A DNA stretch of 60,295 bases from an uncultured Pseudomonadales bacterium (GTDB taxonomy: Bacteria > Patescibacteriota > Microgenomatia > UBA1400 > UBA1396): positions 1-60,295 of the forward strand of contig CAYWTN010000004.1 of the NCBI GenBank assembly GCA_964460975.1, read 5' to 3'. Below are positions 17,688 to 26,160 of this stretch, in pieces. The position numbers were made by a program, and so were the translations under genes. Numbering within the stretch: the first letter of the stretch is position 1; each line of letters opens with the position of its first letter. The notes beneath the pieces are model-generated. The model saw nothing but the letters and a program-made list of their open reading frames with translations. It made no database searches and was not told the origin of the DNA.

Positions 17688-17759
17688 CAGGCCCACTAGG
17701 ATTCGAACCTAGACGAAAGGTTTTGGAGACCCTCATGCTACCGTTGACATCATAGGCCT
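17688..17759 (-). tRNA. tRNA-Trp (anticodon CCA)
   Basis: Hand-folded cloverleaf: AGGCCTA/TGGGCCT acceptor stem, anticodon arm AGGGT-CTCCAAA-ACCTT, T-arm CTAGG-TTCGAAT-CCTAG. 72 nt, CCA not encoded. Confidence 0.9.
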
Positions 17760-17839
17760 ATGACACAGCGTGGGTGTATTCTACCAGATTGGAAATTCAT
17801 CTGGTATACTACTCACTCTTCTGGTGGAGACGCCAAAGA

Positions 17840-17925
17840 GCCGGTTTACCCAAGTGGCCAACGGGGGCAGACTGTAAATCTGCTGGCAACAGCCTACGTA
17901 GGTTCGAATCCTACAGCCGGCACCA
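17840..17925 (+). tRNA. tRNA-Tyr (anticodon GTA), long variable arm, CCA encoded
   Basis: Hand-folded: GCCGGTT/AGCCGGC acceptor stem, anticodon arm GCAGA-CTGTAAA-TCTGC, 14-nt variable arm, T-arm GTAGG-TTCGAAT-CCTAC, then ACCA. 86 nt. Confidence 0.9.
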
Positions 17926-18002
17926 CTACATCTCATAGTATTTATATTTCTCTCATTGTGATATAATATAGGCCTTGTTCTTGAAAATAAGGAGTGTTAA
18001 AG

Positions 18003-18389
18003 ATGGCTCAGGTATCGGTCATTGACGGTCTCGTCTTTGCCCAAGAGGGCAAAATTCGCGATAATATTCAAGGGGTGGCCAAAGTAAACGGCTACCCGTT
18101 ACAGGATTTTACCGGGTTTCAAGCCCCGTTGTTGAAAAAGTTCTCCGCTGCGGCCATTGTGGCCTGCAGTGTGGGAATTACCTCAGGACAAATTGTCTTG
18201 ACCATTCATAAAGGATCGGAACTTACCGTTCTTTGGGACGGTTTTGTTGATGCTAACCTTCCAGAATTCTATTCTGGATATCATAAAGAACTGTTTTTGG
18301 CGGTTATCTTAGCTCGCGCCGGTTATATTGCAAGCGGCGATGAGTTTCTTCTGACGAGGGGAGTTTACTCTTCTCGCTCCTTAAAATAA
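18003..18389 (+). CDS. hypothetical protein (128 aa)
   Basis: AAGGAG Shine-Dalgarno sequence 9 nt upstream of the ATG at 18003. No recognised domain. Confidence 0.55.
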   Translation: MAQVSVIDGLVFAQEGKIRDNIQGVAKVNGYPLQDFTGFQAPLLKKFSAAAIVACSVGITSGQIVLTIHKGSELTVLWDGFVDANLPEFYSGYHKELFLAVILARAGYIASGDEFLLTRGVYSSRSLK

Positions 18390-18400
18390 GAATAAGGTCT

Positions 18401-18426
18401 GGGCTGGCTCTGCAAAGAGCCAGCCC
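18401..18426. terminator. 10-bp perfect GC-rich hairpin between convergent genes
   Basis: gggctggctc-tgcaaa-gagccagccc. No strong T-run, so the terminator role is inferred from position only. Confidence 0.5.
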
Positions 18427-19950
18427 CTAATCAATAAAATTCCTTGTGTCCCACTCAATCCAAGTCACATCTTTGGAAAGATCGGCGCGCTGCGTGGTGT
18501 CTTCAAAGCGCAGCGGAACGCTGCGCCCAAAAACGACGGGAGCAAAGTGCTCGCTGTTTATTGCTTGATCAATTTGTTTGGACGATCCCCAGTGAGCATT
18601 CGTAATGCGTTCTTCATTTACAAAATAGATTCCAAATGGTTCTGGCCAGTCTTTTTTTTCCTGAATGGCGTTGTAGACACGTTCAGAAATTCGCGATCGA
18701 GTCATAGAATAGTGCCGCTCATAAGCAAAGGCGACAGAAACCACATTGAACACAACATATATGCTCAGCGCGGCAAAAATGAGTCGCGGCGTAAGTTTTT
18801 CCAGCAAATTACCAAGAAACATTCCTAGCCCCAACAGTCCGAGCGTCTGCCCCAGCGGATACTTGTGCTCAGGCAAGAAAAGCACCGGCAAAAGAGCAAC
18901 CACAAGAAATCCTCCAGAGAAAAGCAATGATTCCCACCACGTTTTCTCTCTCCAGCGCTTAGCAAACTGCCAGAGTCCCAGCAGTGAAAATGCGCCAACA
19001 GTGAGCAGAAACAGAACAATTATGGGAACACTATATTGAGGAAAATCAGTCCAAAAATGTGGCAAAAGTCTGAATCCACTGCCAACATAATGGATGGTCA
19101 ACTCAGGCAACCCGAGCGACCAAACGAGATACCAAATCCCGGTGTGAATAATCGCAAACGGTGAAAAAACCCAACTGTAATGCTCGCCGCCCACGCGATC
19201 AACCCCATACACGCCAAAACGCAAGCAAAGATAGGCAAGCGTCATAAATACCGAAGCCAACCATTCTTTCCAGCGCCATTCTCGGCGGTACAGCATTTGG
19301 AGAGTGAGCAGCGGAGCAAAAACCACAGCTGTTTCTTTACTGAGCAAAGCAAGGAAAAAGAAGAGCGCCCAAGCTTTCCAGGAAAAAACCTTCCTCAAAC
19401 TTGCCCACAGAGCCAGAACCACAAAAAGCGCCATGACGATTTCTTGCACAGCCGAAAGATAGGAAATGCGATAAAAATGTGTCACCGAAAATGCAAAAAC
19501 TATCTGAGACACCATCCTTGCCCGCCAAGAAAGACCGAGAGCTTCCAAGTATTTCCAAACGGCTACAAAAAGAGAGCCTGTGAGGAAAAGAGAGACGCCG
19601 TACCAAAAAAATGAGCGCAATCCAAAAACTGAGTACATGATCCAAAAGAAAAACTGACTCGTGAGTGGCCGGTACATGGGAGTGGAAACTTCATTCACCA
19701 CGGGAGAGAAAAACTGAAGCACTTGCCAAGGAGAATCGATCCGAGCCAGGTGCAAAAAGTACCAGTCGTCCTGCCAAAAAAAGTTTTGCAGAAGAGGAAT
19801 GTAAAGCGCCAAAGCCAACAAAGACAGTGCCAATACCCAACGCCCATGAGAAAGGATCTTCTCTTTAAAAATTGCCGTGCACTGCCAAGCTCTGCGTAAT
19901 AACACCATAGGTGAGGATTCTTTCTCCCTGCTCAATAGATTGAGGATCAA
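18427..19950 (-). CDS. polytopic membrane glycosyltransferase, GT39/ArnT/PMT_2-like
   Basis: About 12 TM helices with an acidic first-loop motif (FWQDDWYFL) and a C-terminal soluble domain. Start uncertain (ATG at 19950 or 19908). Confidence 0.55.
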   Translation of the reverse strand: MILNLLSREKESSPMVLLRRAWQCTAIFKEKILSHGRWVLALSLLALALYIPLLQNFFWQDDWYFLHLARIDSPWQVLQFFSPVVNEVSTPMYRPLTSQFFFWIMYSVFGLRSFFWYGVSLFLTGSLFVAVWKYLEALGLSWRARMVSQIVFAFSVTHFYRISYLSAVQEIVMALFVVLALWASLRKVFSWKAWALFFFLALLSKETAVVFAPLLTLQMLYRREWRWKEWLASVFMTLAYLCLRFGVYGVDRVGGEHYSWVFSPFAIIHTGIWYLVWSLGLPELTIHYVGSGFRLLPHFWTDFPQYSVPIIVLFLLTVGAFSLLGLWQFAKRWREKTWWESLLFSGGFLVVALLPVLFLPEHKYPLGQTLGLLGLGMFLGNLLEKLTPRLIFAALSIYVVFNVVSVAFAYERHYSMTRSRISERVYNAIQEKKDWPEPFGIYFVNEERITNAHWGSSKQIDQAINSEHFAPVVFGRSVPLRFEDTTQRADLSKDVTWIEWDTRNFID

Positions 19951-20143
19951 ATGAAATTTCTTCTAATGAAGAAAAAATTTCATCCAAGTAACTCGGGTTA
20001 TCATGTTGCTTCAGATCTTGAATCCATCGCGCGCTTTCCTGCCAAAATCTTTCTGCAGAACGGGTCGATCCCGTTTGAATACAATGAGCAACTCTGTAAA
20101 GATCTTGAGACAAAGAACCTAATAAAACTTGTTTTTCGTTCAT
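19865..20143 (-). CDS. hypothetical helical protein (92 aa)
   Basis: ORF with a 4-nt overlap to the upstream DUF5674-like gene. Its 3' end overlaps the annotated start region of the GT39-like gene. Confidence 0.45.
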   Translation of the reverse strand: MNEKQVLLGSLSQDLYRVAHCIQTGSTRSAERFWQESARWIQDLKQHDNPSYLDEIFSSLEEISFDPQSIEQGERILTYGVITQSLAVHGNF

Positions 20144-20478
20144 AAGACTTCCTTAAAGAAATACTGAGAAAGTTGCTCATATTCTTTGCGGATTTGAGGG
20201 TCAAGAATTTCATTTTTCGGATTATTGTCTCTTGGTCGGATGTTGATAAAAGAATTAAAATCAATTTCTTTTGTTTCGAGGTTCACACCACCACCCCAAA
20301 CATCACTTTGCAGAGAGCCTTCTGCCAAAAGAATTTGCTCACCTTCAAAATGCCGATCCATTCCAGCACTGCATTTCTTATTTTTGAGGTCGATTACTGT
20401 TTTGATATAAATTTCAAAAACCTCACGTAATTGTTCAATCTCTTCTTGTGAAAAAGGTTCTGATTTTGTGATGATCAT
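20140..20478 (-). CDS. small conserved protein, DUF5674-like (112 aa)
   Basis: Start set at MIITKSEPFSQEEIEQLREVF. The longer ORF extension overlaps the divergent plus-strand gene and looks non-coding. Family assignment is from memory of CPR annotations. Confidence 0.55.
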   Translation of the reverse strand: MIITKSEPFSQEEIEQLREVFEIYIKTVIDLKNKKCSAGMDRHFEGEQILLAEGSLQSDVWGGGVNLETKEIDFNSFINIRPRDNNPKNEILDPQIRKEYEQLSQYFFKEVL

Positions 20479-20529
20479 AGAATCATTATAGACTATCCAC
20501 CACTCCCCAAAATACGCTACGATAGATAA

Positions 20530-21852
20530 ATGAAATCCCTGCCCTTCAACGAAACCAGCGCGCGCCTTTTGGAGGAAGATCGAGACCTGCTTGCCCAGAC
20601 TCGTTTCCCCATTTTTACCGTTTCGGCCAGCTTCCGCGACGAACTCGAAAAGCACCACGACCTGGAAGACGATCTCAACCATCCCGATGTGGTTTTCTCT
20701 CGCGCCCACTACTCCATGGCTCTGGGCGTAGCGACCGCCGCCTGGGGGGAAAAGCTGGATGAGAAAAAAGCCTGGCTCGTTGATCCTTCCAACTACGTCA
20801 CAAAAGAAGAATGGCGGCGTTTCTCGAGCAGTCAGCTCGTGGGGCGGCTTATGGCGCGCAATCCGATCCTCCAATGGGCCAAGGAAAATATTTTAGACCG
20901 CTACGGACGCAAAAAGAAACTCCCCATTACCGACGCCATTACGCCGCCCCTCTTCTACCTCAGCGAAAATATCGATCGACCCATCATCTCCATGCACATT
21001 GTGGTGGGAAACACGCTGGCGCAAACGGGTAAGAATATTGTTCAAGTGGTGACGGATCCACACGTCCGCCCCGATTACGTCATCAACGCGCATCTCAAAA
21101 ATATGCGCTTCTGCGTTTTTGACGAAGAAACCAAAGCCAGTTTCCTCGAAGTTGCCAAAGAAGAAGGAAAAAAGGTTGATCCAGAGAAAATTATCGTTAC
21201 TGGCCCCCCCATTGATCCACGCGTTCTGGCGGCCAAAGATCGCAAAACCGCGCAGTCTTGGCGGCGCCGCCCGATTCGTCTGCTGCTCACCACAGGCGGT
21301 CTGGGCACCAACAAGGCAGAACTGGAACAACTCCTGCTTGGCCTCATCCCCGGGCTGCGCCGCCGCAATCAACCCGTTCAGGTGGTGTACTACGCTGGCA
21401 CCAATCTCGACCACGCCAAAATGGTAGAACAGATTGCTAAAAAACATCGCATCGCACTCGGAAAAACCTCAGACAGGCTGGCAAAGCTGCGCATCCTCTC
21501 CGCCGATGACGTAGTTTCTGCCAACCAACTCCTTATTCGCTACGGGTTCCCTTGGGCGGATATCGTCTACACCAAACCCTCGGGCGACATGGCCTATGAT
21601 GCCGTTGGCGCTGGCTGTGCCCTCCTGCTTCTCAACCCCTGGGGCGAATGGGAACGCAATATCCAAAACATTTTTGAAAAACAAGGTTTGGCCGTTGTGG
21701 CCCAGACAGAAAATCCGCTGGCTCAGCTCGATACGCTTACCGAAGGAAGCTCTCCATGGCTCACGAGCGCGCTCGAGAAAACACGCCTCATGCCGCCAAA
21801 ATTCTCGCGCGGCGTGTTCAATATTCTCAACGCGGCCAAAAACTGGCGGTAG
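20530..21852 (+). CDS. GT-B glycosyltransferase, MGDG-synthase/GT28-like
   Basis: LLLTTGGLGTNK and C-terminal YTKPSGDMAYDAVGAGCALLLLNPWGEWERN resemble the MGDG-synthase/MurG-type C-terminal domain. Confidence 0.6.
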   Translation: MKSLPFNETSARLLEEDRDLLAQTRFPIFTVSASFRDELEKHHDLEDDLNHPDVVFSRAHYSMALGVATAAWGEKLDEKKAWLVDPSNYVTKEEWRRFSSSQLVGRLMARNPILQWAKENILDRYGRKKKLPITDAITPPLFYLSENIDRPIISMHIVVGNTLAQTGKNIVQVVTDPHVRPDYVINAHLKNMRFCVFDEETKASFLEVAKEEGKKVDPEKIIVTGPPIDPRVLAAKDRKTAQSWRRRPIRLLLTTGGLGTNKAELEQLLLGLIPGLRRRNQPVQVVYYAGTNLDHAKMVEQIAKKHRIALGKTSDRLAKLRILSADDVVSANQLLIRYGFPWADIVYTKPSGDMAYDAVGAGCALLLLNPWGEWERNIQNIFEKQGLAVVAQTENPLAQLDTLTEGSSPWLTSALEKTRLMPPKFSRGVFNILNAAKNWR

Positions 21853-21886
21853 ACAGATGATTTTCCTCTTGATACCTTAATCGTCA

Positions 21887-22405
21887 ATGTCTGAAAAAAA
21901 CACGAAGGTCAAAATGTACCAAAAGGATGATGATGTCCTCGTTCTTGAAAACAGTATCATTGAGCTAAGGCGTCGAGATAGTCGTATAAATGCTATTTAT
22001 GATGGCATTAAGACAAGAGTGCTCACTTTTATTGGTGCAGGTTTTGCTTTACTAACGTATCTATATAGTAGTAATACCACCAATAATAGTCTTTTCTTTC
22101 CTCAAGAGCTTTATGGTCAGGTGCTGTACACCATTGGTATCATACTCTATGTAACCGGCATTTCCTTTCTCTTTTTTGCGGCAAAACCCGCACAATGGAT
22201 TTTACCTGCAGATAAAAACACCCTCTCCCAGCCAAGCTTTTCCAACTATAAAGAATACCTTCTCTATATTAGTAACGAATATAAAGAAGCCATAACTTTT
22301 AACACGCATCAGTGCGAGAAAAAACAACAAATACTCAATGTTAGTTGGATTTTACTCATTCAAGGTGCTATTATTTTACTGATAACGAAATTATTCTCTT
22401 CATAA
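21887..22405 (+). CDS. hypothetical 3-TM membrane protein (172 aa), AT-rich
   Basis: Charged N-terminal helix, two central TM helices and one C-terminal TM helix. Lower G+C than its neighbours. Confidence 0.55.
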   Translation: MSEKNTKVKMYQKDDDVLVLENSIIELRRRDSRINAIYDGIKTRVLTFIGAGFALLTYLYSSNTTNNSLFFPQELYGQVLYTIGIILYVTGISFLFFAAKPAQWILPADKNTLSQPSFSNYKEYLLYISNEYKEAITFNTHQCEKKQQILNVSWILLIQGAIILLITKLFSS

Positions 22406-22592
22406 GAAGAAGAGAGGAAAGGATAGCATGTCTACCAAAATCCTCCGAGGAGAAATTATCACTAATGGTATCTAAACCATAGTAACGTTTCCTGTAACAA
22501 TTGTTGTTTTACCAGGCAAGAGATAATCTCATTTTTTTACATTCTCTAAACTTCTAGTCTGGCAGGATTATCCTTCCAGGCTAGAGCTGGGA

Positions 22593-25550
22593 CTACGGCG
22601 CAACTTCTCTCCACTGGTAGCGTGGAGCGCGCATCTGGGCTGGCGTGCGCAGAACCAGGTCGGGGCGGTAGATAAAGAGCTCGGTTGGATTGGTGTTGTT
22701 GAGGAGGCGGCGGTCAACACCATCGTCGTAGTCGCGCTCCATCACAATGCCAGACCAGCCTACAAAGGTGCCAGCACCCACAAAGCGCTTATCACCACCC
22801 TGCGCCACACCAACACCAGGCAGGCGAATCGAGCCATTGGCCACAAACATACCTTCCACGTTTGGCGTGTTATCGGCAATGTCATCGTTGCCCACAGAAG
22901 GATCAATGATGATGTTTCCCTTCACAATAAAGCTCAGGAAACCGCCCTGGGCCACCCGAATCGTATTGCGAATTTCCAGGTTACCGTTCACAAAAATAAC
23001 AATGCTCTCGCCATCATTCACTTGCCACGATTCGTTGATCACCAGATCGCCACCGTGATAGAAGGCCGGAACACCAGAATTGGCCGGTGTGCCCAACGGC
23101 TTTTGGGCGTTGAGCGCAGAATCATGGAAGTCGTCTTGCGGATTAGCGGGGAATTTGTAGAGACGCGTAAAGTACTCGTAGCGCTCTTGGGCCGCACGGT
23201 TCGTTATCACAGCCAGGCGGTTTTCGCCGTCTTCGTCCACGATGTCACTCTGCACACCACTCTCAAAACGCAGATCCACGTCACCACCACCAGTGAGAAC
23301 ATACCCAGAAGTGTTGGCGCCGCCAGAACGCGTAATCATGTAAGGTTTACAACCCTCTTCTTCGGTACAAATGGTAGGAATCGGGTTCTTGATGGCCGTA
23401 CCACTCGGCTGATGAGCCATCACTGCGCCACCCTGCACTTGGAACCAGGGATGCTGCGCGTCGGTGACATAGAAGTTGACGTCCGCCAGAGGGCTGTCCA
23501 GGCCACCATACACACAACCAGCCGGACACGAACAGATAAACTGACCATTATTGATTACCAAAGAAACCGTGTTGGTTCCCGTCACCGAGTATGGCAAGTG
23601 AACCGTGTACGCACCTGATTGATCCACGACTGCTTGTTCCGAGAAGTTCTGCCAGTCCCTGCCAAGAACCGTAAGCTGCCCCACATCACCACCAGAGAGC
23701 TCTTGCATCTCAAGTTCGCGAACCACCCAGAAAAGACCGGCTGCCAGCCCCTCATTGGCACGTACGCGCCAGTAACGGTGAGGACCACTCGAATCAATCA
23801 CATAGGTGTGAGGATTACCATCATTATTCACCGCCAAGGTTTCATGACGCTGCCAGGTTTCGGCATCATCCGACCACTCAACATGCAGGGAACGAACGTT
23901 ATAACGATTATCCGTATTTTGACGAAGAGTAATTTTGCGAATATGTTTGGCACTTTCACTCGCTTCACCAAAATCCTGACCAACCCAAGCATTCCCGTTT
24001 ACGTCTGGGCCGCGTTGGGAGCTGCCCCAGTACGTTCCCGTGTTGTTGTCAAAAGCCAAAGCACGGCGAGCAGTTGTTGTATTGATATCACCGCTACTTA
24101 TAGCTTGAATCATGCTCGTTACGTCACCTTCGCTGGTGTTCACTGCCGTGGTTGGACCGGTGCAGAGATTGCCGTTCATCGTGGCGGCGCTGTTGCTATC
24201 CAGGTAAACCATGCCTGTTACTGGCGAAGAAACATAGAAGCTGCGCACGCTGGACCAGTCGCCAATTTGGTTGGCACAAGTAATATTCTCCGCTCGAACA
24301 CGAATCGTGTACTCACGAGAGGAAGCCACCATATTATGTGCCGCACCATTGGAAGTGACAATCTGCGAGGGGGTAACCGGCCCATCGATCATCATTTCTA
24401 TGTCATAAAGAACCCACTGATTATTGCCAGAAAGAGGAGCGTTGGCCAAAAGGCGCCAAGCACGATGTGAACCAGAAGCAGGGAAAGAGAATTCCTGAGG
24501 GGTATTGGTTGCTTCGAGCGTCTGAGTAGCAACGTTTGTCCAGGATGTGAGGTCGTCGGAGTACTGAACCCGAACCGAGGCTACGCGCTGGTTAGCATTA
24601 GCACTTTGTCGCACAACAACCTTGGTAATTTGGCGATAGGCAGAAGGAGTGGCTCCAAAATCTTGACCAACCCAAGCAGCACCATTCACCGCGGCACCTG
24701 TTTCGTGACTAGCCCAGTAGCTGGAAAGACTGTTGTCGAACGCACGCTGGCGGCTATTCTGGGATGTTGTTCCCGCACTCGCAATAACATGCGAGCCAGC
24801 AGGGCTCGTAAGATCTACCCCTGTTGGATTGAGTGTAGGCCAAATCTCAATGCGATAACGATCGGCTAAAGACTGACCATTCCAGGAAAGAGAGACGCGG
24901 TTTTGCAGGTCTGCCACAGCGTCTACACCTGCCGCTGGAGCCGCTACGGTTGGAATCCCTGGAATACCAAAATCACTGCTGCCGCAAGTGCCACCGCAAC
25001 CATCACCCTGTCCGCACTGTGCCGAACAAGAAGGATAGCAGGGTGGCGGCGGGGGCGGCCCGCCCCCGCCGCCACCATTCCCCGTTCCACAATACGTTGG
25101 ATCCCAAAGACACTGGCCTGAAGGGTTCGTTACACACTGACCAGAATCGTGTCCACACGAGCTACAAGAGCCACACCCTTGCCAACCGCCAGGGAGGGGA
25201 GGTTGCTCGTTGCCACCACCACCGCCGCCTTCATCGGGGATATCCTGGACATAACAACCCGTTGTTGGACAAACCCAGTTGGCTCCTCCCTGATACGGAT
25301 TATTGGTTGTGCACCAACCATTAATCCATTCACACTGGGCGTTGTAGGTGGTACCAACACATTGGTTGTTACAAGTACAGCCAGAGTCAGAATAGACATC
25401 ACATCCAACAGGATTACAAACGAGAGATTGATGAGAACAGCAAGTCCGAGAGCCACGACAGACACGTGCAGCTTGAACATCTGGGGCACTTCCCCAAAAA
25501 ACACCGAGACAACAAAAGGTAAAAAGGAACAAGAGAAGAAGGCGGCGCAC
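22593..25550 (-). CDS. large secreted protein: Cys-rich N-terminal module, poly-Gly/poly-Pro, two F5/8 type C (discoidin) domains, beta-helix-like C-terminal region
   Basis: GTG start with an AAGGAG-like RBS and a signal peptide (MRRLLLLFLFTFCCLGVFWGSAPDVQA). Two repeats carry AFDN..YW ... AWVGQDFG ... hallmarks of discoidin/galactose-binding-like domains. Confidence 0.8.
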   Translation of the reverse strand: MRRLLLLFLFTFCCLGVFWGSAPDVQAARVCRGSRTCCSHQSLVCNPVGCDVYSDSGCTCNNQCVGTTYNAQCEWINGWCTTNNPYQGGANWVCPTTGCYVQDIPDEGGGGGGNEQPPLPGGWQGCGSCSSCGHDSGQCVTNPSGQCLWDPTYCGTGNGGGGGGPPPPPPCYPSCSAQCGQGDGCGGTCGSSDFGIPGIPTVAAPAAGVDAVADLQNRVSLSWNGQSLADRYRIEIWPTLNPTGVDLTSPAGSHVIASAGTTSQNSRQRAFDNSLSSYWASHETGAAVNGAAWVGQDFGATPSAYRQITKVVVRQSANANQRVASVRVQYSDDLTSWTNVATQTLEATNTPQEFSFPASGSHRAWRLLANAPLSGNNQWVLYDIEMMIDGPVTPSQIVTSNGAAHNMVASSREYTIRVRAENITCANQIGDWSSVRSFYVSSPVTGMVYLDSNSAATMNGNLCTGPTTAVNTSEGDVTSMIQAISSGDINTTTARRALAFDNNTGTYWGSSQRGPDVNGNAWVGQDFGEASESAKHIRKITLRQNTDNRYNVRSLHVEWSDDAETWQRHETLAVNNDGNPHTYVIDSSGPHRYWRVRANEGLAAGLFWVVRELEMQELSGGDVGQLTVLGRDWQNFSEQAVVDQSGAYTVHLPYSVTGTNTVSLVINNGQFICSCPAGCVYGGLDSPLADVNFYVTDAQHPWFQVQGGAVMAHQPSGTAIKNPIPTICTEEEGCKPYMITRSGGANTSGYVLTGGGDVDLRFESGVQSDIVDEDGENRLAVITNRAAQERYEYFTRLYKFPANPQDDFHDSALNAQKPLGTPANSGVPAFYHGGDLVINESWQVNDGESIVIFVNGNLEIRNTIRVAQGGFLSFIVKGNIIIDPSVGNDDIADNTPNVEGMFVANGSIRLPGVGVAQGGDKRFVGAGTFVGWSGIVMERDYDDGVDRRLLNNTNPTELFIYRPDLVLRTPAQMRAPRYQWREVAP

Positions 25551-26119
25551 TATTCTCTCCTTCCAAAATCAAGGAATCTGTTGCCTTGAGCCACATATTC
25601 TTTTAATGCCTCAGTAACCCTTGGAGCGGTTGTACCATCGGCTTGTTGAAAAGCTACAGAAAGATGCGACAAAAGCTGCAAATTCACAAAGGTCTCAATC
25701 TGCTCATCACTCCAATCGTACTGACGCAAAACATCGGCTCCTATTTGGAGAGTAAAAATGAGGTTATATTGGGAACCAACATTCTCTACTGTTTTTTCGT
25801 AAGAAAAGAACGTTATTTGAGATCCATCGTCTGCTTCCCAAGACATTGGGGCCAGCTGCTGTTCATTTACGATAAGTACCTTAAGATTTCTAAACTGAGG
25901 ATCAATATTCTCGCCCAAGACATGAAAAACCACTTCTTCTGCCCGACTGTTTAAGGAAACAGGAAGGCTTGTCCTGTTCGAAAGAGAGACACGTTGAGAT
26001 GACAATCCAAAGGGTTCCAGATATCGATTCTTGTCTTCTGCTCGAAGGAAAAGGAACCACACACCAAGTGCAATAACAACAAAAAGGAGCGCTGGCAAAA
26101 CAAACTTGAGTGCGGACAT
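25550..26119 (-). CDS. hypothetical membrane-anchored protein (189 aa)
   Basis: N-terminal TM helix. Its stop codon shares 1 nt with the GTG start of the downstream gene (TAGTG). Confidence 0.55.
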   Translation of the reverse strand: MSALKFVLPALLFVVIALGVWFLFLRAEDKNRYLEPFGLSSQRVSLSNRTSLPVSLNSRAEEVVFHVLGENIDPQFRNLKVLIVNEQQLAPMSWEADDGSQITFFSYEKTVENVGSQYNLIFTLQIGADVLRQYDWSDEQIETFVNLQLLSHLSVAFQQADGTTAPRVTEALKEYVAQGNRFLDFGRRE

Positions 26120-26160
26120 CCTTTACTAGGATAGATCAAGATGAATGCCTAAGGCAAGGG

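Noticed and set aside
17760-17966. 68-aa plus-strand ORF
   Set aside because: It overlaps tRNA-Tyr completely, so the open frame is incidental.
20479-20874. N-terminal extension of the 244-aa minus-strand ORF 20140-20874
   Set aside because: The extension overlaps the well-formed plus-strand glycosyltransferase gene and translates to implausible sequence. The conserved small protein starts at the internal ATG (20478).
23022-24470. 198-aa and 283-aa plus-strand ORFs
   Set aside because: Both lie antisense within the 985-aa discoidin-domain gene. The long antisense open frames are favoured by its codon composition.
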